From assembly GCA_950097015.1 (NCBI GenBank), contig CATNEN010000002.1:8990001-9054000 (forward strand): a DNA stretch of 64,000 nt, written 5' to 3'. The notes beneath the pieces were generated by a model. That model did not search any database. It had not been told where the DNA came from and saw only the letters and a list, made by a program, of their open reading frames with translations. Shown piece by piece: positions 61,101-64,000 of this stretch. Source of the DNA: Macrostomum hystrix (lineage: Eukaryota; Animalia; Platyhelminthes). Position numbers and translations under genes: made by a program. The stretch's first letter is position 1, and each line of letters begins with the position of its first letter.

Positions 61101-61755
61101 GTCAACAGGAAAGCAGTTAAAATCATTTAAAGCTTGTTAAGACTTAAAGCCCGTCCTCTGCTGTTGTAGATGGTATACTCGCATTAAAAAATTTTGCAGT
61201 TATAAGTGAAGTTACCTGCTTCATCGTCAGCAGCAGGAGTGGCCGAATGTACACCATTGGTTTCTTGTTGAACATAAGCACAATGGCATCAGAGCTGTAC
61301 ACCAGCTGCACGATGCTTGTCCAGTCCTCCAGGTTGTCATATATTCTGACCACAACTCTGGCCTCACCCTGTGCGTCCCTTTCGGTGAGAAATCCTTTCA
61401 GGGCTGTCGTCATGTCCTCCTGTAGAGCTCTGCTGGCGTCGTTAGCTTTTCCGACCACAAGCAAAGCCACCGTGACGTGATGCGTCTCATCTATCATAAA
61501 ATGCGGTTGTGCTTGCATGCATGTGTTATTTTATCCTAGGGTATATGTACACGCTGAAAAGGGTGCACAGGTGAAATCGAAGGTCATGCTGTCACATAAT
61601 TTTTAACGATTTTGAGTTTGAGTAGAACTAGTTTCAGCTTTCATTTTGAGTAAAACCTGTTTAACAAAATTACTAGCTCTCATCTTACCGAGCGAAGCAC
61701 GGAACAAAACCCCGCTGGCTTCTCGCATGAAGTAGTCAGATGTTTCGAGTGCCAT
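58128..61755 (-). CDS. TIR-STING-TIR-STING tandem-domain protein, 7 exons, 748 aa, no transmembrane segment
   Basis: Exons 61755-61689, 61490-61216, 61014-60807, 60675-59744, 59332-59119, 58975-58865 and 58567-58128; all GT-AG, phase-matched, 2247 nt. STING1: AFAWNFATTFLRLIVPNLETRI / YFVLVP / GYQRKVF / ADWASP. STING2: ARVLTANICCGFV / YFMVLP / GRPYNY / AFEIPG / AGLISPQQ...EEFGRGLEE. TIR2: HVLVAMS...RRILLVLSPEDL...VSVII...VLPDRLRCL. TIR1 is more divergent (IVQLVYSSDAIVLMF...HVPLHLV). Confidence 0.82.
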
Positions 61756-63501
61756 TCTGTGAGTTTTCAAAACTGAGTGACAAAACTGGATAGAAAATGG
61801 CAGTTTAGCTAACGTTAATTGTTTAAGCTCTGACTTCAAAAGAAAAATCAGTTTTTTTTCTTTAAACAGTTTAAAAAATTAAGTCAGACTTCGTGAGTGA
61901 ATGTGTAATGGATAAAAATAGAAATTCTAGCAGATAAGTAGTTCAGGCTGTCTAAATGTACGCAGGAGGCCGTAGAACGTACATTCTTTTTCCCCGCGTC
62001 TATTAAACTGCACTGTCATGCTGAACATGGAACTCATGATGGAATTTCCATGGAAATACCGGCCGCGATATACGAAAAACGCAGGTCTAGAACGTACCTT
62101 GTGACTGGGCAAGTTTAAACTGCGAGATTGTAATTGAAGTTTGCTTTGTGATTGGACTAAAAAGGCACTGCTGAAAAAGAAGCTCGTTTTCGCTATTGTG
62201 ATTAATGTTTTCTCGTACGTACTTAATAAACGTTCCCCCCGCCTGAGTTTTTTATTTCAATTGCTCGCCAAATGTCATAACTTTGCTTAAGCGCAGCAAA
62301 TTAGAAAAATGTATGAACATGTTGGAAACATGTGTGACAATTTTTCTTTCAGAGCCTATTGAATAAAAATCTAATATTTATTTTGCGCTGACTTGAACGT
62401 TTATTCAATTAATAATATCGTGTTTATATCACAAATCGATGCAAATTCAAATAAAAAATGTCAGCGCTGAGATCAAATCAAATCAAAATCTAAGCGAGAA
62501 GATTCAAGGCTGATATAAGAATTTCATTGTTAATTAAAGTTACTTTTACTGAAACTTGTAGCTTGTTGTAAAACAAAAAAGTTTTGTCTTTTTGTGAAAA
62601 AAATACATTGCAAGAATACTCGAATATTGACAGTCTGGCATTATAGATTGTTAATATTGGCGGCATCCATTTCTAAAAAATTTGGCAAAACCATATTTAT
62701 TACATTACGAAGTTTTCTTTATTTGGCATATAATGTTCTCTACGAGTCATTACAAACTGGCGCCATTGAAATAATGAAGTCGGTTGCTAAAGTAACTATC
62801 TTACTTTAGTTCCGAAGTCCATGACTGACTACAGAGAGTGGTAAAAAATATGAATTTATAGTTAATTAAAATCTACTCATTCCATATAACTAATTAAGAA
62901 AGTAGACTAAATTTAATTTTAAAAAAGGCAAGAGCGGATAAAGATATAAAAATGTGAAAGAGCACACCCCTAATTCATGTACCAGCTATCTCTATTGTCT
63001 GTAGGAAAATTGCGAGAACACAAGGACTGCTCGAGTAATGTAGAAACCTTATAAGTTCTTTGCGTTGTCCTCGCGAGAAAATGTCCAATCAGGGCTTGAA
63101 AATCGACACTTTGAAGGCGCTAATCAGTAGGAGGTAAAAAAACATGAGCAGGGCATTGTAATTGGACACTTTAGTATTGTCTCTGCAGCATCACTCAGAT
63201 CAAAGAGAAAATTGTAAAAGGCCACATTAGAAGGTTAGTAAGATTCAAACTTATCGAATCAGCTAGAACGATTGAGGAAAATTGAGGAAACTAGCTATTT
63301 TTTAGATAAACTACACCAAAATTTACTAGATTATATCACAAAGATAGACCAACCGAAACGCGTCAATATGATAAGTCATGGCTCGAAAATCATGATAATC
63401 TAAAACACAGACTCTCTGGGGATAGAAAGGAATGAGTGGAGAATTTTTATTCGTTATCCTGTAGAGTTGTCAAAGGCACGCTGCGACAGTGTCTTCAAAT
63501 A

Positions 63502-63932
63502 TTAATACCTCGAAGACCTCAGTAGCTGGAGCAAACCAGCAGCGCCTTCTTGTTCATAGCTCCACCTGACAGTCTTGACAAACCGGTGATTTCTGCAGTG
63601 CTCCACCAAGCCTCGTCCGAACTCCTCCAGGATGTCGTCGACCTGCTGCGGGCTGATCAGTCCGGCGAAGCCCCAGTTCAGCTGCTCGCGCAGGTAAGAA
63701 AACTGGCCGGGAATTTCGAAGGCCAGTCTTGAATGCTGCCAGTGCCAGACTTGATAATTGTAGGGCCTGCCATTGGATCCCATGAAGCTTTCGTTATTTT
63801 TTTGGGCTCCGTGGTCGGCCAGGCCCTGCTCCAGAGCGCTCTGCTCAGGGAAGCGATTGCTTGCAGGCAGGACAATGAAGTACGGCTTGTCGAACGGCAA
63901 AGCACTCCCTTGACTGGACTCGTTCTGCATGT
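63502..63932 (-). CDS. Terminal exon (STING ligand-binding domain, C-terminal part) of a tandem paralog; rest of gene lies beyond the window end
   Basis: Acceptor ttgtag|AC in the same phase as 58567. 63502-63903 is near-identical to 58128-58529, and the 3' flank is also duplicated. Confidence 0.85.
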
Positions 63933-64000
63933 CTACAAGATTGAGGATGCATTTCGTTTCTAGACATTCTGTTTCTTGATGTTGTCATTGTTGTCTTTCA

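Noticed and set aside
1-64000. A cGAS/cGLR nucleotidyltransferase partner forming a CBASS-like locus, or a wider immune cluster including the p62-like gene
   Set aside because: No hG[S/G]...DxD nucleotidyltransferase motif is visible in any ORF. The p62-like gene is more than 30 kb away, so adjacency is not evidence. A partner could lie beyond the window end.

Overview
This is eukaryotic (animal) genomic DNA. It has GC-rich exons carrying poly-Q/A/S/P tracts, canonical GT-AG introns, and roughly 40% tandem repeat by my hand tally. The style suggests a free-living flatworm such as Macrostomum; that is an inference, not a lookup. Gene models assembled by hand with phase-consistent splice sites: CoREST/RCOR 5' end (-), TMCC-family gene (+), proline-rich protein with a degenerate KH-like domain (+), NR6A/GCNF-HR4 nuclear receptor (-), PB1+ZZ p62-like gene (+), orphan with an MGxxxS N-terminus (-), orphan ~7-TM protein (+), and a putative secreted PAN-like protein split by one in-frame TAA (+). 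The standout is at the 3' end: a 7-exon minus-strand gene (58128-61755, 748 aa) predicted to encode a soluble TIR-STING-TIR-STING protein. The last exon of a near-identical tandem paralog lies 5374 bp away and differs almost only at non-synonymous sites. The window also has a tRNA-derived SINE and about 27 minisatellite/satellite arrays, two with higher-order structure. All family assignments come from motif recognition against remembered sequences; no database search was run.
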